Below, one piece after another: positions 51,332 through 61,980 of a DNA stretch of 64,000 bases. A model generated the notes under the pieces. The model had not been told where the DNA came from, did not search any database, and saw only the letters and a list, made by a program, of their open reading frames with translations. Origin of the DNA: Raillietiella orientalis (Eukaryota); NCBI GenBank assembly GCA_036172245.1, contig JAYWIR010000015.1:1488001-1552000 (forward strand), read 5' to 3'. How positions within the stretch are numbered: the first letter of the stretch is position 1; every line of letters begins with the position of its first letter. A program made the translations under genes and the position numbers.

Positions 51332-54300
51332 GGAACCGTCCGACGAAGATGACGTCGAGGAAGGCTTTTTCGTGGGCTCCCCTCACCTACCCCCGGGGAA
51401 GAGGAGGGAGGGATGGGGGTTCTGCCCACGTTACCCCTTTCGCTTTCCGACTCTCCATCCAACCGCACCGGAAAGCCTTCGCACCCCAGGCATCGGGATC
51501 GAGGATTCGCCCTCCCTCCCCCCCTTCTCCGCCCACGACTTGCACGCGCGCCAGTGCGGACAGGAGCCGAGCCAGGGGCGTCTGAGAACGAGGGGGAGAA
51601 AGAGGAGCTCTTGGGAACTCCGGCATCCTCCCCCCGACGCGGAGGGGTGGAACGACGGGAGAGGAGGCGCGGGTGCGGCCTTCCGGGACAGAAACCGCCG
51701 CCTCCGCTCTTCTTACTCCCCTCCCCTTGTCCTCAAATCCTCCGCCTCCCCGAGAGAGGACAAGTGAGCGTGCGTGGTCGACCGCTCGAGTCCCGCGAGG
51801 CGCGTGACCCGCCCGGCCTACTTGCTGCGCGCTCACGGCGTCACGCACGGCGCTGCTGAGCACCGGTGCGACGGCGGCGGCGGCGCGCACGGCTGGGCGG
51901 CGGGTGGGTGAACACCTCCTTCCCCTCCGCCTCCTCCCCGTTCGCGCTACTTGCCCTCTTCTCGGCCCGCGGATGCAGGCAGCAGCAAACCGTTCCTTCT
52001 CTCGACCGCTCTCTTCCTCCGCTTGTCCGGGAGACCGCAGAACCTGCAGGGCTGCTCTTGGGCTGCTTCACCGGACGGGGGGGAGGGAGGGAGGAAGTCG
52101 AGCTCGCGCTCAGGTGGAAACGGGGCAGGCTCCCTCCGTGACCACTCGGCCAACTGCCAAGAGGAGGGAGCCCTCAGGGCAGCGCCCCCGAAAAATTTCT
52201 CCTTCAAATGGGCGGAACGTCGGGGACGGGAAAAGAACGGGCGAACGATGGGGTCTGCAGCGACGCGTAAATCGAGGAAGGGCAGAGAGACTCTCTCCCC
52301 CCTCATTCTCTTTTCCGGGAGAGGGGTCAGGAAGGAATCGAGCGCTCCCTCCCCTGGCTTGTCCCTTATTTCAGGTGGCACGCCTAAGGTGACCACAAAA
52401 GTCCATGGAGATGCCCTCCGAAGGACCGCGGAGGAAGGGAGGCATCCCCTACTGCGAGGTCATCAAGACTACCTCTCCGAGGACGGGGGAGTGGGTTGGG
52501 ATGGGGTAGAGTCGAGGAAGATCCTTCTCGTGAGAGCCAGCCGTCGCCTTCGACGAGGGCGCTGCTGCTCCATCCACGCGCGGCAGTACGGAGGCTTCAG
52601 ACGAGGTGAGGAGGGATGAGGAGGAGACGAAGGGGGGAAGAGGAGGGAAGGCACCTTCCCGCTTTTGCGGAGCGAGGTGACTCTTCCTTGTCTTCGCATC
52701 GGGAAGGTGGGAGGAGGGAAGGCGAACACTGGAAAAGGCGGAGGAGTCGGTCCGTGCCTCCTGTGATTCTTCGCCCTGACTTCCCGGACAGGGGGAGCAC
52801 CCAGCCAGCACCCTCTTCCCCCCAGGCACAGCAGAGAGTTCCTCCGTAGCTACCCGGCCCTGTCATGAGAAACCACCGCGGGAGGGCGAAGGGACGGAGA
52901 CGGCGAGGCATCCTCAGCTTGTAGGACGAAGAAGGTCATCGTTTTTCGATTCTGGCTGTCGCGGAAACGTTCCTCTCTTCCCGTCTACAGGGGAAGGGAG
53001 CTTGAGGAGGAAGGGAACGTGTGTCCACGGCCTTCCACTCGGGAGCGAGCTAGCAACAGGCGCAAGGAAAGAGAGAGGAAGAGGAGTTGGAAGGTCGGAT
53101 TCCAGAAAGACCCCATCCATCATACCCCTTCCCCCCGTTCCTCGCCTCCCACATTACTTCAGCCTTCGGAAAGCAAACGTTTGCCGGCAGCAGAAGGAAA
53201 GGAATTTCCGAAGTGGGTGTACAGATGGCACTGCACACGGAGTTTCTCGTTCTTCCGTCGCGGAGCAGATGGCGTTGCATGACCAGAAAGCGGGTTCGGT
53301 TACGAAGGGCGTTCGTCCGTCCGTCATCCCTGTTCATCTCTCCTCCAGCACTCTCCGTCCCCACCCCGATTTCTTTCTGCAGAGAGCAGGTACACCGAAG
53401 ATTCCCCCGACCCCATTTCACCCTCCGACATTTACTTGGCCGGCCCAGTTCGGAGGTCGGGTGCAGGCGGTTCCCCCTCTTCTGCAGAAGAGAGAAACAG
53501 GAGAGAGGGGACAGGGCAGCGAGAGCGGTGTTTTTCGTGGGTAGGAAAGGGTGCGTAAGAGCGACTCTGAACAGGCTGTGGGGGAGTGGATCTCTTCCGG
53601 CGCTCCCTCTCCCCTTCCTCCTCTATCGTCCGTCTCGCGGGGAGGATGGCAATCCGAATCAGGGAGGGAAGGGACGGACGAAAGGAGACGTTCGTCTTCC
53701 CACCTCTGGCGTCGCTCAAAAGTGCGGGCGGAGGCTCTCCGAGCAACCCACCTTCCTCTTCCATACACCAACCACCCTTCCTCCCAGGTTCCTCGGGGCG
53801 GAACGCCGGACCCCCCGGATAGAACGTGACCTTCCCCCTGGCTCCTCCTCCACAAAGTATGTCTCGAGTGGACGCTCAGGAAGGTCACGTATAATCTCCG
53901 GTCGGCCTTGACCTTGATCACGTGCGCCCAGGGGTGGCATCCCCGGGCACTCGGTGCCTCCTGCGCCTCCCTCTTGCTTTCTGTAACCCTTCACCCCTTA
54001 CACGCTTCCTCTACTAGTGCAGGAAGCAACAAGAGCAGTAGGAGAGACGTTCCCTGCTCCCCTCGTCGCCGGGCGCAAAACCATCTCCCCGCGATGCCCC
54101 CTCCGGCCCTGTGCCTTCAGGGGCGCTGCTGACAAACACCCACCCCCGCCCCGACTGGGAATAGTGGGAGCTGGCGGAAGGGAGTGAGACCGGAGGCATA
54201 GGGAGCTCCCGAACGCTCGCGTGCCGCGCCTGAGCTGCACCTGCCGCTGACGTCACTGCTTCCTCCGCGGCGGCCGTGACAGCCTCCCCTCAAAGAAGGC

Positions 54301-57300
54301 TGACTGCGTGCAAGCGAGCCATTCCGCTGCGCGCGCGTGAGGAGGTTTCATCCCCCCCCCTTCCCCCCTGCGCGCGCGCGGTGCCTGCAGCGCCGGCAGC
54401 AGCCCCGCTCGCCCCAGGTGAGCGGCCGCCTCGGCACAGCCGTTAAACTCATGCCGGGCGCGCACAACACCTCCGGACTGGCGCACCTGCGCGGCGGAGG
54501 CGCGCCTCTACGGGAACCGGGTGTGGAGGCCGCCATTTCGCTTCCTGGACCGCGGACGGGCGCATCCACCTCCGGTAAGTCGCTTCCCTTGTTCCTCTCT
54601 TCGCACCCTTTCCCCCTCCTCCCCCAGGATCGCCGGTTTTCAGCCGCGATTTTCCCTCGAGCCGTCCAGCGGACGCTGGGGGCGCGCGGACGGGAAGGGC
54701 AAGGGGGGGGGAGTTTCTGAAGAGGGGAGGGCGGACAACGCGCTCCAGAGGAGAGGCAGTGCGTCCCGGACGATGCTTCCGCCATCAGGCGCCGCCGCCG
54801 CCGTTCCCGATGCCCGCACGCTGAGGGAGGGACTTCTCCTCCTCCTCCTTCCCGATTCGACATTCTTCCGGTTTGGGCTTGAGGGAGGGGGTGTAGGAGG
54901 CTGCTGCAGTGGGCCTCTTTTTCCTCCTTGCAGTGGCGCCGGCAGCGCTCCTTTTCTCAAGCTCCCACGCGGAGCGCCCGAGACTGCTGTAGACTCCAGA
55001 AGGGAGCGCAAGGGGGGCCAGATGCAGCAGTCCCCTTCCCCACACATCAGGTCTGCCTCCGCATTGGCGGCGGTACACTGTGTGCCGCCTCACCTCGTTC
55101 CTGTGCGCTTCCGTGTCGCCGCGAGCGAGGTCACAGGGGAGCGGCGCGCCCACCCGCGAGGTCCCGCAGCTGCTTGGCAAGGGCGAGCGACCTTATTCCC
55201 GTCCCGCTCCCGTGAGGGCTCGTGACCCTTCCCCGCACGGAAGAGTACTCTGCCTGCCGCCATCCTGCCTTCCGGAAGAGCCCCGGAAGTGCCTCACGAG
55301 AAGGGGACGGAAGAGAACGGACCTCTCGGCAGCGCGATCTGTCCGCTCAGGGGTAGGGGCGACCGATCTGCGCGTTCCTGCCTCCTGACGAACGCGCCCC
55401 GATGATGGCGTTGCGTGCCGCCTTCCTCCCCTGTCGAGGGTCCCCACAGGTGCAGGGCTCTCCCGTTGACAGCCTCCACCGCGTTCTCTTTCCTGCTGCT
55501 ACGATTCGAGGTGGCTTGACAGCCGGGGCGCGCGCGCGGTGGAGGGGTACCAGCGAGTAGACTCAGTAATCCTTCCCGTCTCTTCCTCTCTCGCGGTTTT
55601 CGATCCGGAGGAACTCGTCCTGCGAAGGAGATCTAGAAGAAGCGGCAGCAGGCTGCGCGCAGACTCCAGGCGGCGTTCCTGTTGCTTGGAGAGGGATCAA
55701 AACGCCATTCTCCCACAACTCGATCGAGGTATTGGTGGCTGCAAGAGAGGCGCCGCCGCTGAAGAGAGCGAGAGAGTGTGACTGATGAGACTTCTTTATC
55801 CTCGCAACTTCACACGACTACTCATTCGTGACGTAGCTTGCAGGAACAGGATGATGGTACTGAGAGATGGTACGCAACAGGAAACGTCAAGAGCTGCTGC
55901 CATCAACCCATAGCTCATCTCCGTCAACAGGATTACGGTCTCTGGAGCAAAAACCTCAAGATGTGCATTCATTGCGCTCCGTCATCCAATCGAAATGTAG
56001 GTTTAGGTTGGCATCCCTGCGTGTTTGGTCTCGGAAGACAACTGTTGCCAAGCAGAAGCTTCCCATTAAAACTTTCGGGATATTGAAGCTTGATCGCGTC
56101 CATTGGACACTGTGCGAAGACAAAGAATCCTTTTTGTGTGTGTTTTGGTTAGGATTGTTTTGTTTGTTTGTTTTGCTTTGCTTTCATTTTTATTTTTTTT
56201 CGAGAGGGAGAGAGAGCATCCGTGTTCTTCCCAGTTAGACCATCACAACATTCGTAGGAAATAGGATCTCATTTTCAAGCTGAGCTCACATTCAGCATGA
56301 AATGAACTCAACACCAAAGGAGATATCACGTTGCATGAACTTTAAAAGATCCGAATTGCAACATTTGCTGGGAGTCGAAGTCTGCCAAAAACCACGTGAT
56401 TGCAGGCAATTGATAAACAGTGCATTCTCTAAATGAAATATCGGCTCCACTTGTATTTTATAGTTCCTGTGTGGTTTTAGAAACTGAATCGAACAATCTT
56501 ATTTGCTCATGTTTTTCTGGAAATGTCGATATTCCCCCCCCCCCCCGTCGGGGCCTGCCTTCAGTCGGAGTTTATGTAAGAGTTCATATCAATTTTTCAC
56601 ATGTTCGATCAAATGTGCTACTTTTCTTTCAACTTATCTTTTCGTAATCTTCATCTACAGCTGTCTTGCAACTTAATTTCGTCTAAAACATGATTTCTTT
56701 CATAGGAAAAAATACAAAACAAAAAACAACCTGAAATAAACATGAAGTTCATGGGAATAACAATCGATTCTTCATCCAGTTAGTGCTTTTTTTTCTTAAA
56801 AAACTTGAAACAAATGATAGAATAATCAATTAGATATCGTTCTCCTTTGACGTGCTTATTCTTAATCGAACCGATCCCAATTAATAATTTTTAATCGAAC
56901 CATCCTAGCCAATGCCTATGAATCGAGCATATAATTTCAGAAATCATACGTTTTTTAAAGATTTCTTGATCATTTTGTGTGAACGTTGGAAAACTATATC
57001 GCATTCATAAAAACTTATTTCTGAGAATGCATTAAGCGTCGATATGTGATAAAGCTGACAGTTCTCTCGCGAAGAAAATTTACGAAGAAAAGTAGCAAAA
57101 AAATAAATTCAAATTGCTTTCACAATGAGTATTTATCAAATATGTGATCAAAGAATATGAGTTTAAGAAAATGTAGAAAACAAATGAATGAGACACACCG
57201 ATATGTGTGTGAGGAGGGGGGAGGGGAGACATTCTGTCGTTATATGTATTGAAAATTTCTTGTTTGGTAATCTCTGTTTGGAAGAAAAATCAAAAAATTG

Positions 57301-57680
57301 CACCACAAAATTTCCTAGGATTTAAATATAGGTAATGAGAAAGAGAATTCACAAATATGTATGCTATCTCTGTGCTCACATTTTTTCGAAAGAAAACGAA
57401 AAAAGTTAAGAGTATAGGCACTTGGTATTTCTGCATATCTTCAATCTTCAAAAAGTTCTCGTGAACCACGAAGTGCATGAGCATGTTTCCTCGTATGCGG
57501 TTTTCGATTTGTTGACTAATGCACTGTTGATTAACGTTTAATTGGACATTTGAGCAATGTCACTTCAAGTTTTCAATGTTTCAAGCATTATTTAGAACGA
57601 ACAACTTTCATTTTTAAAAATTATGCAGGGTAAGGAATTTTTTCTTCAAGTTTTTCAACAAAACCTGTTTAAATTTCAGA

Positions 57681-57923
57681 ATGAAAAAGAAGAAAACATC
57701 TGTGGCATATCTATTGTGGTTAATAGGAGGCTGGTTTGGTCTGCACCATATATACTTAGGAAGAGATCGACAGGCGTTCGTATGGTTTAGCACATTTGGT
57801 GGATTTTATCTGATTGGGTGGCTGACTGATGTATTCAAGATCCCAAAATATGTTAGCATAGCAAATAATGAGCCTGCTTACATCAGCAGGCACCAAGAAA
57901 AGAAGAATGCACACCCAAACAAA
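57681..57923 (+). CDS. DNAJC22: DNAJC22/wurst exon 1 (TM2 domain)
   Basis: MKKKKTSVAYLLWLIGGWFGLHHIYLGRDRQAFVWFSTFGG...GWLTDVFKIPKYV is the TM2 domain typical of DNAJC22. Donor gtaact at 57924. Confidence 0.93.
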
Positions 57924-58293
57924 GTAACTATGACAACATTCACTGACTGTTTTTGACTTTCTTTATGAAAATTTTATAAATTGTTGTTGTTACCATATGC
58001 CACTTCCACCAGCTGCTTTCAGTTCTTATATTTTCGCAGGTGTTGGACTTGTTGGGTGTATTTCCTTTCTTGTGTTGGATTTTGATTTGCCTTCTATTAA
58101 TAGTATATCTTCAACATGGGTGTCCTTGGTCTCCACATTCATTTGCTTCTGAAGTTGGATTAAGTTAGCTTTTATTGGTCACGGTATCTTCACTCATAAA
58201 GTAAAAAAAAAAAAAAAAGAAATCATCTGTGATATAAATTTTATAATCAGATCATATTGACCTCATGGTAAATGCAGTATTTCTATTTATCAG

Positions 58294-58441
58294 CCACCTT
58301 TTAGCTTGAACCAATTTACTGAGCAATTGATTGTAGCATCAGTCTGGGGAGAAATGTATCTTTCAGCAATACCTTATGATGATTTGGATGGGTGGTCTTT
58401 GAGTATCTCAACACACTTGGCACCAATTGTGATTGCATTAG
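58294..58441 (+). CDS. DNAJC22: DNAJC22 exon 2
   Basis: Acceptor tttatcag. Translates PPFSLNQFTEQLIVASVWG...LAPIVIAL. Donor gtaagt at 58442. Confidence 0.88.
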
Positions 58442-58489
58442 GTAAGTACTAGTGTGAAAGAAGAATAGTATTAAATAATGTTAGCATAG

Positions 58490-58968
58490 CTGTTCATACA
58501 ACTGGGAATATGGAGGAAGAACGTGGTGGCTTTTTCTGGCCCTTATTAGGAGCCTATCTGCACTCTTGGGTACCACTGAATCTGTCACTGGTTACTCGGT
58601 CCTCAGTGGCCTCTGCTTTATTTTTCCAACTGAAAGCAAAGCAATGGCCAGAAACAACAAAACGCCACTGCTTATGTTTACGCTTGTTGGTGCTAATTGT
58701 GTGTGCTTCTGTTTATTTGGTTTTAGTAGGAAGTTATTTATATTTTAATTGTACTGTTAATGATTCCACGGGAGTTCCTGTGCACTTGAGAGATGTTATA
58801 AGAAATTTTTTTGAATCTCAAGCATGGGGGGAGCTGTGGGATTCTTTGAAGGAGCTGTGGTATTCCTTGAAACAGTTGTATCAAACGGCTCAAGTGGAAG
58901 GATGGTACAATATGTGGCTAGCAATAAGATATGGCATAGAGCCTCTCCAGATGTCTGATGCTCTGAAG
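58490..58968 (+). CDS. DNAJC22: DNAJC22 exon 3 (transmembrane segments)
   Basis: Follows a 48-nt intron. Translates AVHTTGNMEEERGGFFWPLLGAY...SYLYFNCTVND..G..V.LRD.I.NFF.S.AW...ALK. Donor gtatgt at 58969. Confidence 0.9.
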
Positions 58969-59008
58969 GTATGTTGCCACTGGGAAGCGCTAGTGAAGTC
59001 TGTGATAG

Positions 59009-59209
59009 GTATTAGGCCTGGATGAGAAGTCATCAGACAAGGAACGAAGTAGTCGCTATCGAGAACTGTCTCGCAAGTACCATCCAGACAAGTATACTGA
59101 TCCACTGGAGAAGCAGTGGGCCCATGAGAAATTTCTGGAAGTCCAGGAAGCTTATAATCGCTTGGCCAGTGGGCGACACAGGCGTGAGCGTTTTCATAAA
59201 GAATTCTAA
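59009..59209 (+). CDS. DNAJC22: DNAJC22 exon 4 (J domain)
   Basis: Follows a 40-nt intron. Translates VLGLDEKSSDKERSSRYRELSRKYHPDK...AHEKFLEVQEAYNRL...HKEF*, with the HPD motif. The four exons sum to 1071 nt = 356 aa. Confidence 0.92.
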   Translation, partial: VLGLDEKSSDKERSSRYRELSRKYHPDKYTDPLEKQWAHEKFLEVQEAYNRLASGRHRRERFHKEF

Positions 59210-59239
59210 CAGCTCAAATTGCTTTGTATGGACATATGT

Positions 59240-59245
59240 AATAAA
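59240..59245 (+). terminator. Polyadenylation signal of DNAJC22
   Basis: AATAAA 31 nt after the TAA stop. Confidence 0.6.
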
Positions 59246-59265
59246 AAATAATAGTTGCAAGACAA

Positions 59266-59674
59266 TCAGTGATTACTAGGCTGTGAAGGGTTAAGACTGG
59301 ATTCTGAACTGTGTATCGTATCCAACTGAATCACCTCAAAGCGTTTTGTGGAGTTCAGTGCATTTTCCGTTGCAGATGGCTGAGGTTTGCCGCTTTGCTT
59401 TCTCTTTGAGAATCGGTTAACGGAGACAGCATTAAGCTCACGGTCTGTGTCGACAGCCCTCACAGATTTTTTACTGCCTTCGCTTATGTGGTTTTTCCTT
59501 GATTTTCTACGGTAAGGTAACGTCGATGGCCTAAGGGGAGTGCCAGCAATGTCGCTGTCAGAGTCTGTGCCCACTGAAGAGCTGAATTCATGTTCCAGAG
59601 ACTGCTGCACTTGGCTAGTGGTAGATTCACCAGTTTGGGATGCAAGGGCTGTCCGGACATCAGATTGGAATCCA
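59266..59674 (-). CDS. KIDINS220: KIDINS220/ARMS terminal exon
   Basis: Open frame GFQSDVRT...GTDSDSDIAGTPLRP...SESSLNPSQPSNH*. Acceptor tcatgcag at 59675, in phase with a gtacgt donor at 59734. Poorly conserved region, so the boundaries are less sure. Confidence 0.65.
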
Positions 59675-59734
59675 CTGCATGATAATGAAATCGCTTATTG
59701 CATACCGATTTTCGGTTTCGTACTGGTTACGTAC

Positions 59735-59990
59735 TCGTTGACGGTTCCTTGCATTTTGCCTTCAGAACTGCCGTTTGCAAAACTCTTTGCTGCCGAAATG
59801 TCGTGTTGAACTTGGAAGGTAGTTCTCGGCATTGAAGACTCTCCTTCTTCTAAAGAGTTCTCAAATACCGTGGAATGACGAAACAAATGAGAAGGCGACG
59901 ACGATGTCAGATACAAAAATTCAGTTTCATCTGCATTATTGTTTTTCGTGGGCATTCTTTTGTGGTCCAGTTTTGGCGCGGAGTCTGACA
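59735..59990 (-). CDS. KIDINS220: KIDINS220 coding exon (low-complexity C-terminal region)
   Basis: Open frame VSDSAPKLDHKR...QGTVN, in phase with the upstream gtgagt donor at 60042. Confidence 0.65.
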
Positions 59991-60042
59991 CTTAAACGTA
60001 ACAGAGATATCAAATGCAAAACTTTCAACGTTCCTTACTCAC

Positions 60043-60175
60043 CTGGAACTGGCTGCAGAGGGACGTCTTCCTTTTCTAAAGGTAAACTCGTTACGGAGAC
60101 ATTCCGGATGTCTTGCATCGCATCTTGATTTAGCAACTCCAATGCGCCCACGATCGTCTGCTCTTCCAGCGTAAT
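60043..60175 (-). CDS. KIDINS220: KIDINS220 coding exon
   Basis: ITLEEQTIVGALELLNQDAMQD continues EKQ from the previous exon, giving the arthropod KIDINS220 'EKQVTLEEQ..GAL..LN' motif. Donor gtgagt. Confidence 0.85.
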
Positions 60176-60574
60176 CTTGAAACCACAAAAAACAAATGGA
60201 TACTGTTTACGTGAGCAATATCATCCAGCGAACATTGCCGTTGTTTGATCGGTACGCACTAAGATTTTGGAAGGATTCATATCGTCAGGATATGGCATTC
60301 TTCCTTACTGTCAAGTATGTAGAACTTGCATTCATGCTTCGTCTTTCGCGGACTGAACCAGCGACGTGAACGCTCGCTGTATCCGAGATCGACAAGAAAA
60401 ACGGAAATATTCTGCAACTGTGGCGTCTGTGAGCACATCTTGCTTATACAACAGTCTTACACTCTAGCACAGTGCCAACATTTGCATAACGAAAGAGAAA
60501 GCAAGCACAGAGAATCTTCATGATTCCTTGTGTTTACTTCATGATTTCTGTGCATGCAAACAGAGCTTTCCCAC

Positions 60575-60961
60575 CTGCTTTTCTACGGGCTGCGATCGAA
60601 TTTTACGCCTGTCTTCATCGGCATCCCCGGGAGGACTTTTTCTCTTAATGTATTCTTTCATTCCATTACCAGAAGAATCCTTTGTTCCTGTTAATTTACT
60701 GTGATCTTCTGAATCGTCATCTTGCTGCCGAAGAGCGATTACGGTAACGCGGAAGAGTTCCCATTCACCAAACGTCATTCCCAGCACCGATTTAAGTTCT
60801 CCGAGATCACAAGATAACAATACTAAGCCACTGATGTTGTTTTCCAGTATTCTCTTGCGGTATTCTGGTACATTGGTCGGTGTTAATCCCTGGATCTCAC
60901 CCAAGAGATTGGCAACTTCCGTTACAGTCAGCTTCTTCATTCTGATTCCGGTGAGGGGACC
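60575..60961 (-). CDS. KIDINS220: KIDINS220 SAM-domain exon
   Basis: LTVTEVANLL..I.GL....Y...ILENNISGLVLLSCDLGELKSVLGMTFGEWELFR is the KIDINS220 SAM domain. Confidence 0.93.
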
Positions 60962-61007
60962 CTTAAGAAGAGCCGATATCTTTGTGGAAAGTAAAGATGG
61001 GACATAC

Positions 61008-61166
61008 TAAATACTGGTTCGCAATGCGTTCACTCGGATGCAGTTGGCCTGGATAGGCACCGGTCACAGTTGCGTAAAGCGGTCCTGGTCCTGGAGCAAC
61101 AGGAAGTGTGGGTACTGGAAAGGGAGAAGAACAATATCCTTGTGCTGAAGGAGCCGATGTTTGGTA
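61008..61166 (-). CDS. KIDINS220: KIDINS220 proline-rich exon
   Basis: YQTSAPSAQGYCSSPFPVPTLPVAPGPGP...NQYL. Flanked by two 46-nt introns, phase 0/0. Confidence 0.75.
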
Positions 61167-61212
61167 CTGAGGGGACTCTTCAGATGCGTAGTTCGTTTTT
61201 ATGGATGCTTAC

Positions 61213-61307
61213 GATGCGACTTCGGAGTGAGGGAGCATACTCTTTCGAAAGCCAAGTGTGGAAGGGAACGGAAGATGAATCGTTGTCTTCCAGAGATGGA
61301 TACTCCT
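61213..61307 (-). CDS. KIDINS220: KIDINS220 coding exon
   Basis: Gives LRKVIK|EEYPSLED...LRSRI. Acceptor ccaaacag, donor gtaagc. Confidence 0.75.
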
Positions 61308-61359
61308 CTGTTTGGAAATTCTGGGTGCAAAACGGACCGTTTACGAATTTGCAATTTAC

Positions 61360-61538
61360 CTTTAATGACTTTTCTAAGAAACGGATCCAGATTGATGGTG
61401 AAGGGCAGAAAGATCTTAATGTGGAAGACCAGCAAATTGTTCTTGTGGAATGTCAAGAAAACTTCAAATTTGCGTACGTCTCTGTCGAGTTCGAGCAACG
61501 GTTCGACTTCCCTCGATGTAGGAATCAGTGGTTTCATC
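61360..61538 (-). CDS. KIDINS220: KIDINS220 coding exon (KIM region)
   Basis: IPTSREVEPLLELDRDVRKFEVFL...IFLPFTINLDPFLRKVIK is a highly conserved KIDINS220 segment. Confidence 0.93.
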
Positions 61539-61582
61539 CTGCAACCAGCCTTCATCCTTTCCCTCCCATGATCACTGCTCAC

Positions 61583-61980
61583 CTGTCGTATAATGCCCTC
61601 AGTGACGTATTCTCTTCGACGGTACGCTGCTGAGCATCAAAGTACTGAATCAAAAAGGAAACACGGTATGGCCACTGCTCTGTAATGTTAATCCAAGTGG
61701 CAAGGCTGTACCAGTTGAAATCTATCTGGAAAGCTTTTAACAGGCGGCCAGTGACGTAGACAATGTTCATGAGGCGCCTCATGGTACGCGGATTGATGTC
61801 ACTGAAGTAGTCGTCCGTCAGCAGCACCTTCGTCAAATCTTGAGCTTCACCGACACGGTTGATACCGCTGCCAGTACTGCCAGCAAGACTTTCGCTTGCT
61901 TTCAAGTAACGACTGGATGACTTGAAGCTGGGCCTGTGGGGTTTCAAGTTAAAAGACGAATCCACAGTGGTAGCGATATT
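61583..61980 (-). CDS. KIDINS220: KIDINS220 coding exon (end of KAP P-loop NTPase region); further 5' exons not confidently found in the window
   Basis: [59 protein letters not shown]. Acceptor ttttctag. The eight exons sum to 2016 nt in frame. Confidence 0.95.

Noticed and set aside
59675..59705. 31-nt KIDINS220 intron using the gtatgc donor
   Set aside because: Implausibly short, and it shifts into a frame ending at 59484 that loses the DSDSD..TPL segment. The 60-nt intron is preferred but unproven.
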